Shown here: positions 12,001 to 25,645 of the stretch, in pieces
Numbering within the stretch: position 1 is the first letter of the stretch
Layout: every line of letters starts with the position of its first letter
Source: Podarcis bocagei
Lineage: Eukaryota
Assembly (NCBI GenBank): GCA_964188305.1
Contig: OZ076886.1
Strand: one strand, 5' to 3'
DNA length: 64,000 bases
Position numbers and translations under genes: made by a program
The notes under the pieces: model-generated
Database searches by the model: none
What the model was told of the DNA's origin: nothing
What the model saw: only the letters and a program-made list of their open reading frames with translations

Positions 12001-15000
12001 TTGTAGCTCTTTTCTTTTTAGTTAATTCTTTACAGTGACATATTTTAGATGGCAGAATTGTGATTACCTGGGCCCCTCTGGAATAGGAACGAAATATGGT
12101 GCAGAATCTGCCTTGCCCAGATGTGTCCCTGTGGAGGTAAAATACAGTTAAAAATACATAGACCTTTCCATTCTGAATAACAGTGTTCTTGTTGAATTCT
12201 TATCTGGTCTTTCTGTTTTGCTCTCTTTATTAGTATTCTACCCTTTGCCTTAGTGGGGAAAGCAGTCCAGGTTAGGTATGTTAGGTATGTGAGGCTGAAA
12301 GACAGAGACTGGTCCAAGATCACCCAGTGAGCTTCATGGGTAACTGGGAATTTGAACCCTAGTCTTCCAGGTCTGAGTCCAGTACTTTAACCACTAAACC
12401 ACATGGACATCATGCATTTCAGCAGGATCATTCACTGAATCTACATGGGTGATTATGTACTCCTATAATATATTCACCAATCATTTAATATTACTTAGGC
12501 TTCTTGCACATATACAGAGAAACCCATTAATTTCACAATTGCTCCCTTGTCCTCAACTATAGCTCTTTAGTACAAAAGGCTAGTGGGTAGTATGACCTCT
12601 TCTTAACTGTTATAAGAATTAAATATTTGTAGTCAACTTTACAGTAAATATAAATACAAGCAGTATTACGTCCACTATGAACTGTTTTCAAAGCACAACG
12701 GCACAATCCAAACAGAGAACATAATACAAAGTTACCAGAGCTGCAGCTTTATTCGACGGCCATCCAGGAGTATTGTTGTCGTCTTGTAATCAATACCTAG
12801 GGATGGGAGGAGGTAAGGCAGAATTTTAAAATACTAAAAGCATGCCTATTTTTTTCACTCTAGAAAGCGACCAAGCGAGAAATGCCTATGTTAAATCACT
12901 TTAATAGTACCAACCGATTTTTGTTTTTTTAAAAAGTCCAATATATAGGGAAGGGCCAGTGGAAAAGCACCCACTTTGCATGCAGAAGCTGCTAGGGACA
13001 GCCATGCCCCCACCCCACCCCATTTTTTAAATGGGCACCAGATTTTTAGGGCAATGGGTGGTGAGTAGTATAGCATGTGTACTTTATTATTACTAAGATT
13101 ATCCACGAGGGCTTTAGTCAGACTGCTTTTGCAGTGTTCGTTGTACAGGCTTCAAACTATATGTGAAAAAACTTTTCAGAGGAGACAGAGAGAAATATTA
13201 CATGTTATGCACTGCACTTGATTATTTCTAGGGCTTATTAGAATTGTCCAAAATGTTGCATACTTCAGCTGCCTATTGGCTTGTGCCAATGACATCTCTG
13301 GATTAAGCAGTCGACTCCTACTTCCAATCATTAAAGCAGTTTTGCAATTGTAGATGAGGAATGCATATGTAGTTCTTTTAATAACAACAACAAAATAGAA
13401 CCAGGCTACCCACCAGTACCCTAGCTACACAATATGCTGCTGTTTCAGTATCGCCTTATTTCTTCTTCTTATTTCTTGGGTTTTTTTAATCTTTATTTTA
13501 GGAAACAACTTTTCTTCTTCTTCCCTGTAGCATTTTTTCCCCTCTCTCTCCCCCGATTCTGAACAAGATGACTACTCATTTTTATTCTGTCTGCATGCTT
13601 ATTTAGCGACTGAGTCAGAATTTCAGACCTAGGGCTTCTATAGCAGTAGAGTGGCCCTTTTTTTCCTCCTGTAAAGGTCAGGGGACAGAGAGGGATTATT
13701 AAGGGCTCATATGAGACACTTAAGTAAACTCTTGGGGCGGGCTGGGGTAATAATTGCATATTTAAAACTCATAGATTTTGATACACAGTCACTCAAAATG
13801 TAACCTTTTAATTTATCTGCTTGTTAAAATGTTTATAATTTATAGTACTTTGACTATCACATTTTTAAAACTACCTGTCCAGTGCTGAAGGACAAAATCT
13901 GGTTTCATGAATTCATGAAGACCCCAGAGACTACATAAAAGTATCTTCAGATTTGTATATTTTTTGCCACTGTAAATCATTAAAATCAATAAAATGCAAA
14001 AGCCAAGCCTTCCATTTTTCTTCTTACATTGTAATAGCTTATATAATTTTCTTTCCATATCACATTCTGATATTTATGCGTGATAAATGGCTTTGTACTT
14101 GGTTTCTCCTATTCTCACATTGTATAAATGTATCTCTCTTCAAACAGGCACAAATCCTCTGCAAAAAGTATCTAAGGTCCTGGGTAGATACTCTTTAAAA
14201 AAAGAGAAAATGTTGTTTGCTCATTTACATTTAACCTTGCTCCAAACAGGCTGCATTTAATTAAGTCTCTTAGTATGGATTAACAGTGCCTACGCAAGGG
14301 GCTAATCTGCATTAATTTATCTACATTAAATTAACACGTTGCATAAAACTACCATGTTTTCTGTTGGACACGGAGAGCTACAGGGCTTGGGTAGGAAGGA
14401 AGAAGATAGTGGCTGTCTTCAAGGCAGACAAATAGTTCCATATTCACATTTTTTCATTTTGGCAGGAGTAGCATTTAGGGAGGAAACTAAAGAGCACTGC
14501 AGCATCTTTTTCCAATACTAAGTAATCATTGTAGCCCTCCCCTAGTTGAAATTTTGGCATTGTTTCAGCCTCTGTTTAAGAAGCTAATCAAGTAATATCT
14601 GATTTTATTTCAATATCCATGGTAACAGATCCTCCATCCCTTGTTTTATAACAATCTAATAGTTTTACAGGTATCAGGCAAACATGCAGGTTATTAACTG
14701 AAATTATTTGGCTTACACTTAAGCATCAAAAACCAACTGTGTGGAAACATATCAGTTAATATCATTAAAAGTCAAGAAATTAAATGTAATTGTTTTGGCA
14801 AGTTTATTTTACTCTGCCAAGCGTCCAACCACAATCTGATTATTTTCAGGAACCATGGAGGGCAGTTCTTAATTCTGATAACCTGTTTCTACTACAGTTA
14901 TGTATGTCTATCAGATTTAAAGTGTATAATTACACAACCATTAAGCTTGTAGCATGCAAAGTTAAAAAAGAACAACATTTATTTCTGGCATCATACCCCG

Positions 15001-18000
15001 AACTAGTAGGGTTTAGTAGCCTAGTCCTTTGAGCTGTCAGTCACATCTCACAGTACTAGTTGCATGAAGGAATGGAATGAAGAAAGGAAGATGAAAAGGT
15101 GGCATTGAGGAATCAGTCCCTGGGACATTTAAAAATACCAAACATGCAAAAGGCCTTGCTAAGACTGAGGGAGGATGGGGATTGTTGTGATAATATGTCT
15201 GCCACCTCTCCTTGCTTGGCCTGTTCTTTGCAACTGACCAGAGAATTCCGCATAGTGCCAGATCCTTCCTCTCTGCTCACTTGGCCCACGCCCTCAGCCT
15301 CCCTGTTCCAGCATAAATATTTATATTTGCAAAAGGGGTGGGACCTCTGTTTCACATGAGTTCTGTGCAAATCAAAAAAGTTATAGGATCTCTACTAAAG
15401 CAACAGGACGCAAGTTGGTTTCAGTATTAAAATATGTACATACAAACTGATTATGTTGGCCCAGCTTAAATACATTTCGAGGACTGGGCTGTCCTGTAGC
15501 AGTTAAGGAAAGACAACATGTGAAGGGAGAGCAGCTAGACAACAGCATTCTGAACTAGCAAGGAATGACATTATACAAGGATCTCGAGATTTAACATTCA
15601 CCAGCTTGACCAAAGTACTACATAGTTGTTCTGCATTCCCTATTAGAACATTGTTAAATTTCAGCTTCTCTGCAAGATAGTATTGTTTAATCATTCACAT
15701 GCACTATGAAATGCTGTGGGTTTTGCCTTTTATGATGCGATTTCAAACAGTTTAGACTATGATCAAAAGTACACCAATACCACCGTCTTAAAAGTTTTAG
15801 TTCCCTGGAAACAACTCTAAATGATTTCAGTAAATCTAAGTACCAAATAAGTAACTTAATAAAATGGAAGGAGTAGGAGGTATATTACAGTCAGAAGAAG
15901 AGAGAGGAACGAATAACAGAAATGTTATTTATGTTGGTTGTTGTTCTTCATCACCTCCTGTTTCTTCCTGTTCTATTATTCCTCCTACTCCTTCAATTTT
16001 ATTGTATCTCTTTAGGCAGTATACACACTATACTTTTATAGTGCATTTTAAGCACATTCTTTTCCTCTAAGAATTCTGAGTGCTGAAGTTTGTTATTGGT
16101 TGCTATAAATTATAACTCTTTGGAGGTTAAACTACAGTACCCAGAATTCTTTGAGGGAGGGGAATGTGCTTTAAAGGTATAGTGTGGACACTGTTTTATT
16201 CTTCATTTTCGAACATTTGATGCTATTTCTATTTTTTCTTCACTTCAATGTACTGCTTATCTTCTTGATCCAATTCCCTCTCCCATTTTAGTAAATATTG
16301 ATTTGTTTTTCTCTTACCTATACCTTTCTTCAAGCATTGTTTCTTCTTGCTTTGAATATGCTAGTTTCCAACAGTCATAAAATTGTCCACATATATCCCC
16401 CCCCCCCCAGCTTTGGGAAGCTAGCATTTTTAAAGCAAGATGAGACAACGCCTGACGAAAACAAAAGAGGTAAATTGTGTGTGGTGGTGAGGGCTCAATA
16501 TTTACTAAAATTGATTTAGATCGGGGGGACTCAACTCCTCTTAATCTTATCTAAATGTGACAGTTTTCTTTTCATCTATTTTTTTATGGTTCTTTTCAGC
16601 TGGTTTTTGACTCAAACATTCTAGTGAGATTGCTCTGTGGAAAATCTAAAGTAGTATTATATTCTGAAATACACCAGCATTCTCTATATGTACTTTCATC
16701 AGCTTTGGGTACAGGTGATCATTATCTGCTTCTTTTACAGTTCTTTGGGACTGGACAGTACCATCCACTCCTGCTTTCACTCCTGTGTCATAAAAGCTTC
16801 GTTTAAGTCTTCCTCAATTATTATTCTAAGCCCTCTTCTCTTCACTCTTTATATGCTTTCTCTTAGCAATCCAATTTATTCTTGTGGCTTGCAATGTACC
16901 ACTGTTATACGAATGATTTCAAGCGCTATTGTTTGGTCCTTCCCTCCCCTTTACCAATACTTTATTTCAAATTGTCTGTATCTGCCTGGATGTCACTGTG
17001 CAAAAGATACTTTGCCTTCTCTTCCAAAGTTCCAATTGGCACCAACCTTCAGTCTTTTCTATAGTTAAAGGGTTTTGGTGTTATCTTTGATCTATTTCTA
17101 TTTCCGCTCACATATCTACCTAAGTTCTGCCAATTTTATTTCTATAAGATTTCTAAATTTGTTCTTAATATCAGCTAACATTCTTGTTCAGACCTACAGC
17201 CTACGTTGTGTTAACTACTAAAATGTCTTGTTCACTGATCTTCCTGTTTCTCAGTTTAAACCTATTATTTCTGTTTTCTCTTTTCTGCTTTCTTTCCTAA
17301 TTCTTCAGTCATTTTATACCTCTCTATATACCGGTATTTCCCTTCACAGGCTTCATGAAGTTTAAACTTCTTAAAGGTTAATAAAAGTTTAAACTTCGCA
17401 TAAAGCAATACAGGAAGGAATACTGATAGAAAAAAGGGGCAAGAATATGACTAGATATGAAGGTTACATCTGCTCATGTTTTTGCCCCTTTTTCTATCTG
17501 TTGCTTTCCATTTTTCTCTTTGGTCCTTCTGTTAATAAAGCACTGATGTTTTTAATTAAATCTCTACTATATGGTTATATTTCTTATCCCCATGCTTTCT
17601 TTCTTATGTCTAGCACTATTTTCCCTTTACATTTTTGACCAGGCCCTTCATCTCATGAAGAAACAGTTTTAAAAACTTCTGTCTTGATGTGCTATTTGGA
17701 TTTTTTTTTTTGTTTCTTCCTTACTCCTAAAGTTCATTATTGTAGTCTTTTAACACTTTGCTTCTTTCAGATAGTGCAGCTCCACTTCCCTTCCCTTTTG
17801 TTTCTTCATAGCTTCTGAACCTGTAAACAGGGACTTATATCTGTACAATGGCCTAGGAGCATATGTTAATAATTTTATAACTAAAAAATTACAAAGTAAA
17901 TTTACTTTTGATAACTATGACTCTAAGTGCCATCAGAAAGGGAAGGAAGAACTGGACTTTTCAACAGTTGTTTTGAATAGACACAAAACGTTTAATTTCA

Positions 18001-21000
18001 AAAAGAAGAGAGTTACTGAGGTATAAAATTACCGCAGACCAACCACAGAGGCTTTCAGTGATGCAAGTTCCATTCTTTGAAATATGTTAACAGACATGTT
18101 TTGAGGATGGAGCTTCCTTCAAATATTGTGCACAGATTTTACAGACTTAAATTCTGTTGTTTTATTCTCTTCCTTCCCTGAGCTCATAAGCTATTAGTCA
18201 TTATCTCGTTTTAAGCATGATTCATTGCACCTATTCCAAAATTCTGCCACATTTGGCAATTATGCCTAGCATGAGACAATTTGCATCTGTAATAGATTGC
18301 AACACCCAACGCAGAACAACAAATGAGGAGCAAGTAGGTGTTTGCTTCGTGCTGTAACTAGCAAAATCATTTTTAAAATTAAGAATAGCATGCCCATGCC
18401 TGTGCTCAGCTGCCAGAAAGAAGCTCACTTTTACTGTGACAGTAAATCACTAGTTATCAGGCTCTATACCCCTTGTATGAGGGGAACATGTGTTTCCAGA
18501 AATCATCTCCCTTTGCAGCCACTGCCAGACAATTTGGACAGTACTGAAACAAATGGACTCAGTATAAGGCAGCTCCCTCCGTTACTATGTTACTATGCCC
18601 AGTGCTTTCTTTTAAAATCTCAGAATCCTTCTGGGAATTCATAATGGCTACCAGGCAAAGACAACAGTTACCCTGCTTTGACCCTCCCAGAATTACTGCC
18701 TTGGATAATTTCTATCGTATACAAATTTTATATACCATGATAGCTGTGATTCTGGCATTGCAGGGGATTGGACTAGATGACCCATGGGATCCCTTCCAAC
18801 TCCACAATTCTCTGATTCTATGATCAAGTAGCTTTTAAGGTGTAGGATAGAATCCTGCTTTCTGCACAGTGTGGTAAAGGATACCTGTCTAAGCTGACAG
18901 TTTGTGAGATCATGTCCTATTGCAGGAAGGGGAGCCTTTCACAGCCTGAAGATCACATTCCCTCATGCGTCCCCTGCGGGGGCTGCACCCCATTGGTGGG
19001 TGGAACCAGGTGTAAAAGTAGGCATAGCAATGGATGTGGATTCTTACATTTCTCTAGTAGTTTACATTCCGTCCATGCAAATGTCAGCTGGTGCAAAACA
19101 CAGCAGCCTAGATTGCATCTAGGATTTCCCTTTCAGAACTCTGCATTCTTTCCCAGTTTGTTTCGTAGCACAATTTGAAGTAGTTGTAACTGCCTATAAA
19201 GCTCCCAGCACTAGGATGCCTGCCTGACTTATCTATTTGCATTTCAGTGTGCTACAAAACCTTGTTTGTTTTGCCATGTCTTTCAGTTTGGTTTTCTCTC
19301 TCCGCCCTTCCCCACATATTTTAACATATGGCTTCTAGTTTTTAGTTTAGTCTTTATTATTTTATGGATGGTATATTGTTTTAATCAATGCACAGGGTCC
19401 TTATGGAAAGCCAGAAGACAATATATTCATAATTATTAAAATAGTTATAATAAATACACCAAATGGGAGTTACTTTTGAATAGACATGTACCAGATTGCA
19501 TTGTCAGTCTTCTAATTATAAAAGACCTGTGTGAACCCATTGCACACAAAAGAAGAATATGCTTTCTGTGAGGAGTGTATTTTACTTCTTAACTCTCCCA
19601 TACATTACTCAACAGTTAAACCTGAAAAACCTGCCAATGCAGTCTAACATTTGATGACAATGCACTGTGTTTACTAGGCCCGATAACGGTCAAAAAATTA
19701 CCACATAACTTAGGTTCAAAAAAGCAAGTCATCTACAAAGGAACTGTGGTAATTAGGGAAGAAAAGGCTTTAGCATTATGGGCCTAAGTGATGTCTGACC
19801 ATTTTGTTTTGTTTCTAACCCAGAGACCAAGGACATTTCTGACATGTACCCCGACAACAGTTTAGCCTTTGCGTGATACTGCTTGACATTCTTTTCCAGT
19901 GCCTTTAGTGCTATAGTCTGTATAATAAATAGGAAAAATAGCTGTTACACCTACTGTTCCCTTAAAAAAAACTAGACGTGTGTACCTAGGAAGGGATAGG
20001 CAGAGTCTTTAGATATATTTTTTTCAAAACCAATCAATTCTAATGAGGTAAACCAGGAACAGATGAAGGCGCTCAACAGAGAAAGGAGAGGGTGTAAGTG
20101 AACTTGTGGCATGTTCCTGACTCTCCAAACCATTACAAATATGGCATCCAAACTGAGCCATTGTGAATCAGTTCATCTCTTGAACACTCTCTACTCCCTA
20201 ATACACTGTTCTGGATACAGAAATAACCAAGATGAACTTTTCTACTGGGCGGTGTATGATGTACATATTTGCTGTCCGTGTTGTACAGAAACACAGCACA
20301 TTTCTTGAAGTGTTTTTTCTTCTTCAGACATCTCCACCCTGACCCTACCATTGCCCCATGCCTCAAGGCTTCCGGCACCCAATAGGAATGGGTGCATGCA
20401 GAAAATAATTACCAGCTTTGCCCCAAGTAGTTATAATTATTTTTATTTAATGGCACAGGCAGCATTTTTCCCTCAAGCATAAAGCAGATGAAAAAAGGTT
20501 TCACTTTGAAAGGAGACTGAAATTATCAGCAAAATGGTGCACACAAAGTTGTATCATCTTTTTTCCTTGAGCAGAGTCAATGATTACTGCTCCATTTCTA
20601 TGGGTTCATTTTACCATTTATCAACAGACATAAGGAAAGCTAGAACTGTTCACAACTAAAGTCTATTGCAGTTTGCAACTTGAAATGTCTACCTTTTCAG
20701 CTACCAGCAGATTTGGTACCAATTGGCAGATCAGCTTGATGGGAAGGACTCAATTTCAAATGGCAGGCTGAATCTACTCACAAGAATCTCATTAACTGAA
20801 ACTATTAGCTGAATATTTGCAAATAGCTACAATAAAAATATGCTGTGAAGAATGACCAAAAAGTGAGTCCCCATCTCTCCTGGGAAGAGGCAACATGGTG
20901 TTCACATACCATGATGCTGTAATTCCATGCTTATTTACAAAGAAGTTAGTCCCATTAATTACATTTGAATAATGTTTAGAACTGGACTGCATGGGTGCAA

Positions 21001-23817
21001 TCCTGCTGCTACTGAAGTCAGTGACAAGTCTGCCATTCGATGGTGCAGCCATCGTCAAAAATGAACTCATTAAATTTTTGATGTGGAATCATATTCTGAG
21101 GAAGTTTTTATTTTGCTTTGGATCAAATCAAATTAAAGAGATGCATAGGTTCAGATTTTCAGCTGCATCTGACATGGTCTGAGCCTCTCATTTGTCAGGT
21201 TCAATGAAGGAATGAACTATAAATAAATGTTCCAGTGTTAATGCCAAAAATACTCATCCTATCCATATCAGTTCTTCAGAAACACTTGGTAGTGCTATTA
21301 TAATCTTGTGCTATACTTATTCTTGTCTTTTCCTTTTTAAAAAAACATAATTCAGACCCTTATCCACCTTTATTACTTTTAGGCGGATGTCCAGATGTCT
21401 TGCACTGTTCTAAATATTTTGCATATCAGCAGGCTAAAAAGATTCATCATCTTGATTAAAATACATGTGAATTCTTCACTCTCTGTTTATTAGGGTAATA
21501 CCATTCGGAGCCTATGCTTAACCTCCTGTGAGAGCCAGCTCTACTATTAGGCAGAGACAGCTGCCTTAGACAGCTATGGGGTGTCATGAAAGGGTAGTAA
21601 ATCAAAAGTTATTTAATTTGCTGTATTTTTACTGCTGAGAAGGGGAGAGACACTTGTGTGATTTTCTGCCTCATGTGCAAAATAGATTGACTACCTCTGA
21701 GTACTAGACACCTTGTCTTGGCAGTGGGTGAGTTGGAAGCATTTGCTCTTCCACCTCAGACAGAAAAATGGGCCAGCCAGTCACCATGTTTGCAGCAAGA
21801 AGATATACAGCCATACTTTATGTTACATCCGCTTCATGTTACGTCCTGCGGTGACCCGGAAGTACCGGAAAGGGTTACTTCCGGGTTTCGCCGCTTGCGC
21901 AGAAACACAAAATGACGTCATGCGCAGAAGCGGCAAATCGCAACCTGCGCGTGCACAGACACGCCGCTGCGGGTTGCGCTCTTTTCATGTTGTGAATGGG
22001 CCTCTGGAACAGATCCTGTTCGCAACCAGAGGTACCACTGTATGCTACATTGGGGTAATGTACATTGTTTTCCTTGGTCCTTACTCTAGAAACAAGCTCC
22101 TGATGGAAGAAATGATCACATGACCATTTCCCTGTCAGGTGCTGATAAAGTAATGCATGTTTCTCAGTGTCTACCACGGAAACCATGTGAGCTACCAGTG
22201 GAGGTAGAGATAGCATTCCAGATGCTGAGAAAGGAAGGTGCATAGCTGTACATGCATGGGGGCAGTGTGAGAATGAATGAATGAGTGCGTTGGTGGATGT
22301 AAGGTAGAGTTTAAAAGGGAGGTCCACCGCGGATGTGTGTGAATGAGGTATCCCCAGCCACTTTTGGCTTCAGACCTATCCACTCAGAGGCGGAGCTAGC
22401 TGTTCCGGCACCCGGAGCGGCACACATGCGTCCCAGGGGGGTGCAGCCACGGTGAGCATCCCAGGGGGGTGGAATGGCGATGCCACCTCCCACGCCAATG
22501 ACACCTAGGGTGAATCGCACCCACTGCACCCCTCTTCCTCCAACAGTGTATCTACTGCCAGTAAGCAGGCAGCCTGAGACTACTGTTCCCTGAGGAAATG
22601 TGGTCCTCACCTTTTTAAAAAAGGTTTCCCAATTTGCTGCATATGGTCATATAGTTTATACTTTTAAAACAGCAGACAGCTACCTGCAAGAACTAAAAAA
22701 AGTGATTAATTTTTAAAAAAATGAAAATCTCCACCAATACTCAGCATTCCCGATGGTCACTCTAAGAAAACTGAAAGATGCACAAGACCTGTATAGCAAA
22801 CCTTTCCAGTCTCTATTTAACAAGAGGTATTCTTTGTAACTTCTCAAAGCAGTTGTACAGCACAAGCTTGCTGGCCTGGCACAGAACACAAACCCCAAAT
22901 ACAAACTTACACTGTTCCTCTTCTTCAACGATATATGCACAGCAAAATGTTAATCTCCTCCACTTAGTGTGCATCCTTTAATTTGGTGTGAATGTGAGCA
23001 TCACTGTCATGATTTCAAGTGGAGGCAGCAGTTCATTTTAGCACTAGGATTAAATGACTTTAAGAGGCCCAAATAAAATTGTTTGGCTGTATCCTTGTAT
23101 GTGCTTTGGTTCTTTTTGGGTTGTGGTCTCCTCTGCCTGTAGCTCTGCTGAGTCTACAGAACACTCAGTTTCACCAAGCTAGTCTGACCATGGCCATTAC
23201 ATCTACATGACAACATAAACTTTACTGACTCACGAGGAAATTTTACAGTGCATTTGTGCTCACACCTTGTAATTCAGTTGACAGGAATGGGCAACCTTTT
23301 AACGTTAAGGGAGGTGTGTGAAACCTGATTATTTGCAATAACCTAAAGGTGGATTGTGGGAAGCATAATCAAAGCAGATGACGACAACACGTCAGCCAGT
23401 AGCCGATGGGCTTTCCTGCCACTGCACAGTTTCTAAAGAAGGCTACCAGAGAGCTCAAGGCAGCTGGGAAGGCAGATGCCCTGTCATGGAAGCCCTGCCC
23501 TATAACTGCCAAGGTGTGGGAGGTGTCTGTGGTGACTCAGTAATCGCGAAAGGCAGCCCTGCACAAACACTACCTTCCTCCGTGCAGTCTACAGGTGTAA
23601 GAAAGAGCTACCTGCCGCCAAGTAACCGAGGCTGGCCTAGATCTTGGCCGCAGGTACAACCCCGTTGCTGCTTACCCATATTGTACCCGTAAGGCGACTC
23701 AGTGGCTCCATCCTCCAGGCTGGCTAGTATCTCTCCTTTGCCCACGTCGCTGTCGCCCACCAGCAGGAATTTCAGCAAGAAGTCATAAGCTTTCACAGGG
23801 CTGCCCACGTGGTTCAT
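9036..23817 (-). CDS. RAB40B: Ras-related protein Rab-40B (SOCS-box Rab GTPase), 6 coding exons, 278 aa
   Basis: Exons 23817-23676, 12796-12736, 12128-12068, 11742-11665, 10775-10553, 9307-9036 (142+61+61+78+223+272=837 nt), all GT-AG. Contains P-loop [21 protein letters not shown] box ([13 protein letters not shown]...[11 protein letters not shown]) and C-terminal CKIS prenylation motif. Confidence 0.97.
12290..12403 (-). mobile_element. tRNA-derived MIR/Squam-like SINE fragment
   Basis: Minus strand begins gtggtttagtggttaaagtactggactcagac...gggttcaaattccc, with Pol III A/B-box-like elements. Confidence 0.6.
16018..16193. mobile_element. Palindromic MITE
   Basis: Imperfect inverted arms cagtatacacactatac...agcacattc...aagaattctg / cagaattctt...gaatgtgcttt...gtatagtgtggacactg. 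Confidence 0.6.
16700..17340 (+). mobile_element. Ancient L2-like LINE remnant in RAB40B intron 1
   Basis: Degenerate RT segment ([11 protein letters not shown]...I.S.GL, YHCY.ND resembling YHCYADD). Confidence 0.55.
18745..18824 (+). mobile_element. CR1 3' terminus
   Basis: ggactagatgacc...cccttccaactcc...attctctgattctatgat tail. Confidence 0.8.
21808..22040. mobile_element. Tigger-like MITE family B
   Basis: TA-flanked, ends cagccatact...gaggtaccactg; internal CCGGAAGT and TGACGTCA. Confidence 0.85.
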
Positions 23818-24960
23818 CCTCTTTCGCCACCGCTCCCCGCTCCTCCTTCTCTCCCTTCGGCCTCACAGAAGTCCCTGCGGGGAGTCAGTTCCCAGCGCCC
23901 ATGAGAGGCACCCAACGACCAGCTGTGGCGGCACCGAGAGCGTCACGGGCGGCGGCGGCGAGCAGCAGCACAGGCGCAAAGGCATGTTCGAAGAAGCCGC
24001 CCCGCAGAGCGCGTCGCCGGGGGCAGCAGCAGAGATTGCGGGGGGAGCTCGCAGCAGGTTCGGGTGGGTTGCCGCCAAGAGGAGGAGGAGGAGGATGAGG
24101 AGGGGGGGGTCGCCTCACGTTGCCAGCAGTGGGAGGCGAGAGGCAGTGGGCGCCGCGAGGTCCCCGCACAACCGTGACAGCGGAGGAGGACTTTTCAACG
24201 GCGCCATCCGCGGCCACGCACCCACGAGGCCGGCATGCGTGGAGCTAGGCTGGCGCAGCCGACGACCAAGAGAACCGAAGGCGGCCGCTCCCGTCCAACC
24301 TGCCTGGCTGGGCGCGCTCAGTCGCAGCGAAAGAGAAGAAGGGGAGAGCCCGTCACGACCGACGAGGAACGGGGGAATAGGATCTGTGCTTGCCGAGGAA
24401 GGCAACGGGGGACCCTCTCGGCTGCCGTCGCCACAACTCTTCGCCGCTGCTCGAGCCCCTCGAGAGGCGCCGTTGCCGTCGCTGCCGCCGCCTCCCCACC
24501 GACCGACCTCGCTCCCAGCGCAGCACCCAGTGACAGCCTCTCCAACCAACACCTACCCTCCTGTGCCCATGGGGGCGCGGCTCCCGAGGCCACGCCCTCC
24601 GCCGCTGCCATTGGAAGAAAAGGGCCCCGCCCCCACACTCCTTTTTTCCCATTGGTACGGGTGGGCTTCCGAACGCCACCTCTCCGAAGGCATTGGCGGG
24701 CGCGCACCCGCCCCCTCAGGCACCAACAATTCAGTTGCTGGGGTATTTCTTCCGCGGTATTGGCTGTCGCTCACGCCCGTCACTGTGGCGCTGGGCGGTG
24801 GGCGCTGCGCGGCTGTGTTTACACATCGGAGGATGAGGCATGTGCTGCTGTGCAGTTACGCGTGAGCGCGCTTTAGCGCTCTCCGGTTGGAGTCCAGCCT
24901 CCAGCCCACGTCTGTCGAACTGGGGCTTACAAAATAGAGAAAATCGTCGCCTTTGGATAA
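23680..24960. promoter_or_regulatory. CpG island / promoter and long 5' leader of RAB40B
   Basis: CpG-rich; four minus-strand CCAAT boxes (ATTGG on plus at 24610, 24651, 24692, 24759) and a GC box (CCCCGCCCC near 24625-24634). Confidence 0.85.
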
Positions 24961-25210
24961 GGGTGACGACTGATGGAACTGCAGCGTACAGAACGAAATG
25001 TCAGAGCAGGTCTCAGAGGCAGTAGAGTATATGATTCTGCTAACAAACTATTCTAGAATGACATTCATAAGGACAAATGTAGAATCAGATCAACCATGAC
25101 TTACCGTAAATTCTGCCTCCAATAGTGGCAAACCATATGCCCTTCACCTGGCAGGATTGTTGGATGGATTTACACCTCACAAGTTTAAAGTTTAAAGGAA
25201 GCAGTTGTTA

Positions 25211-25216
25211 TTTATT
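25211..25216 (-). terminator. Candidate polyadenylation signal of the 893-aa ORF
   Basis: TTTATT on plus, about 430 nt downstream of the stop codon and just before the RAB40B CpG island. Confidence 0.6.
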
Positions 25217-25645
25217 AATACCCTGTTATTGTGCACATGCTGTACAGTACATACATAATTACATGGATAACACAGGTAGCAACCTGCTTCCAAGATGCTT
25301 AAATCTAAAACAGAAAGTAAGGAAACTGAGGACTGAGAGAGAGAAATGTGTGGGCAAATGTTGCATGTACTTAAAACTGGGTTGCAGTTGGGAATGTATA
25401 TTAAAAGGATAAATCAAAGGCCACATGGAAGATAAGATCTAAGAAAGATTAGAAGGAATGGACAACTGGCATATGTATTCACCCTATGTTGTGGGGGCAG
25501 CAAGGAAGAATGGGCATGTAATTGAAAGAAGCATGAGACCTTTGGCTGGATGAGATTGTTGGAGTTGGAGAAGCAGAGGTTATAGGTGGAGATTTAAGGA
25601 AAAGCCAGGGTCAAGAGCTTGGTGTGGTCAAAGTAGATTTTCAAG

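Noticed and set aside
23984-24876. 293-aa and 213-aa plus-strand ORFs
   Set aside because: They lie in the RAB40B CpG island where stop codons are rare; low-complexity A/R/P/G translations with no recognisable domain.
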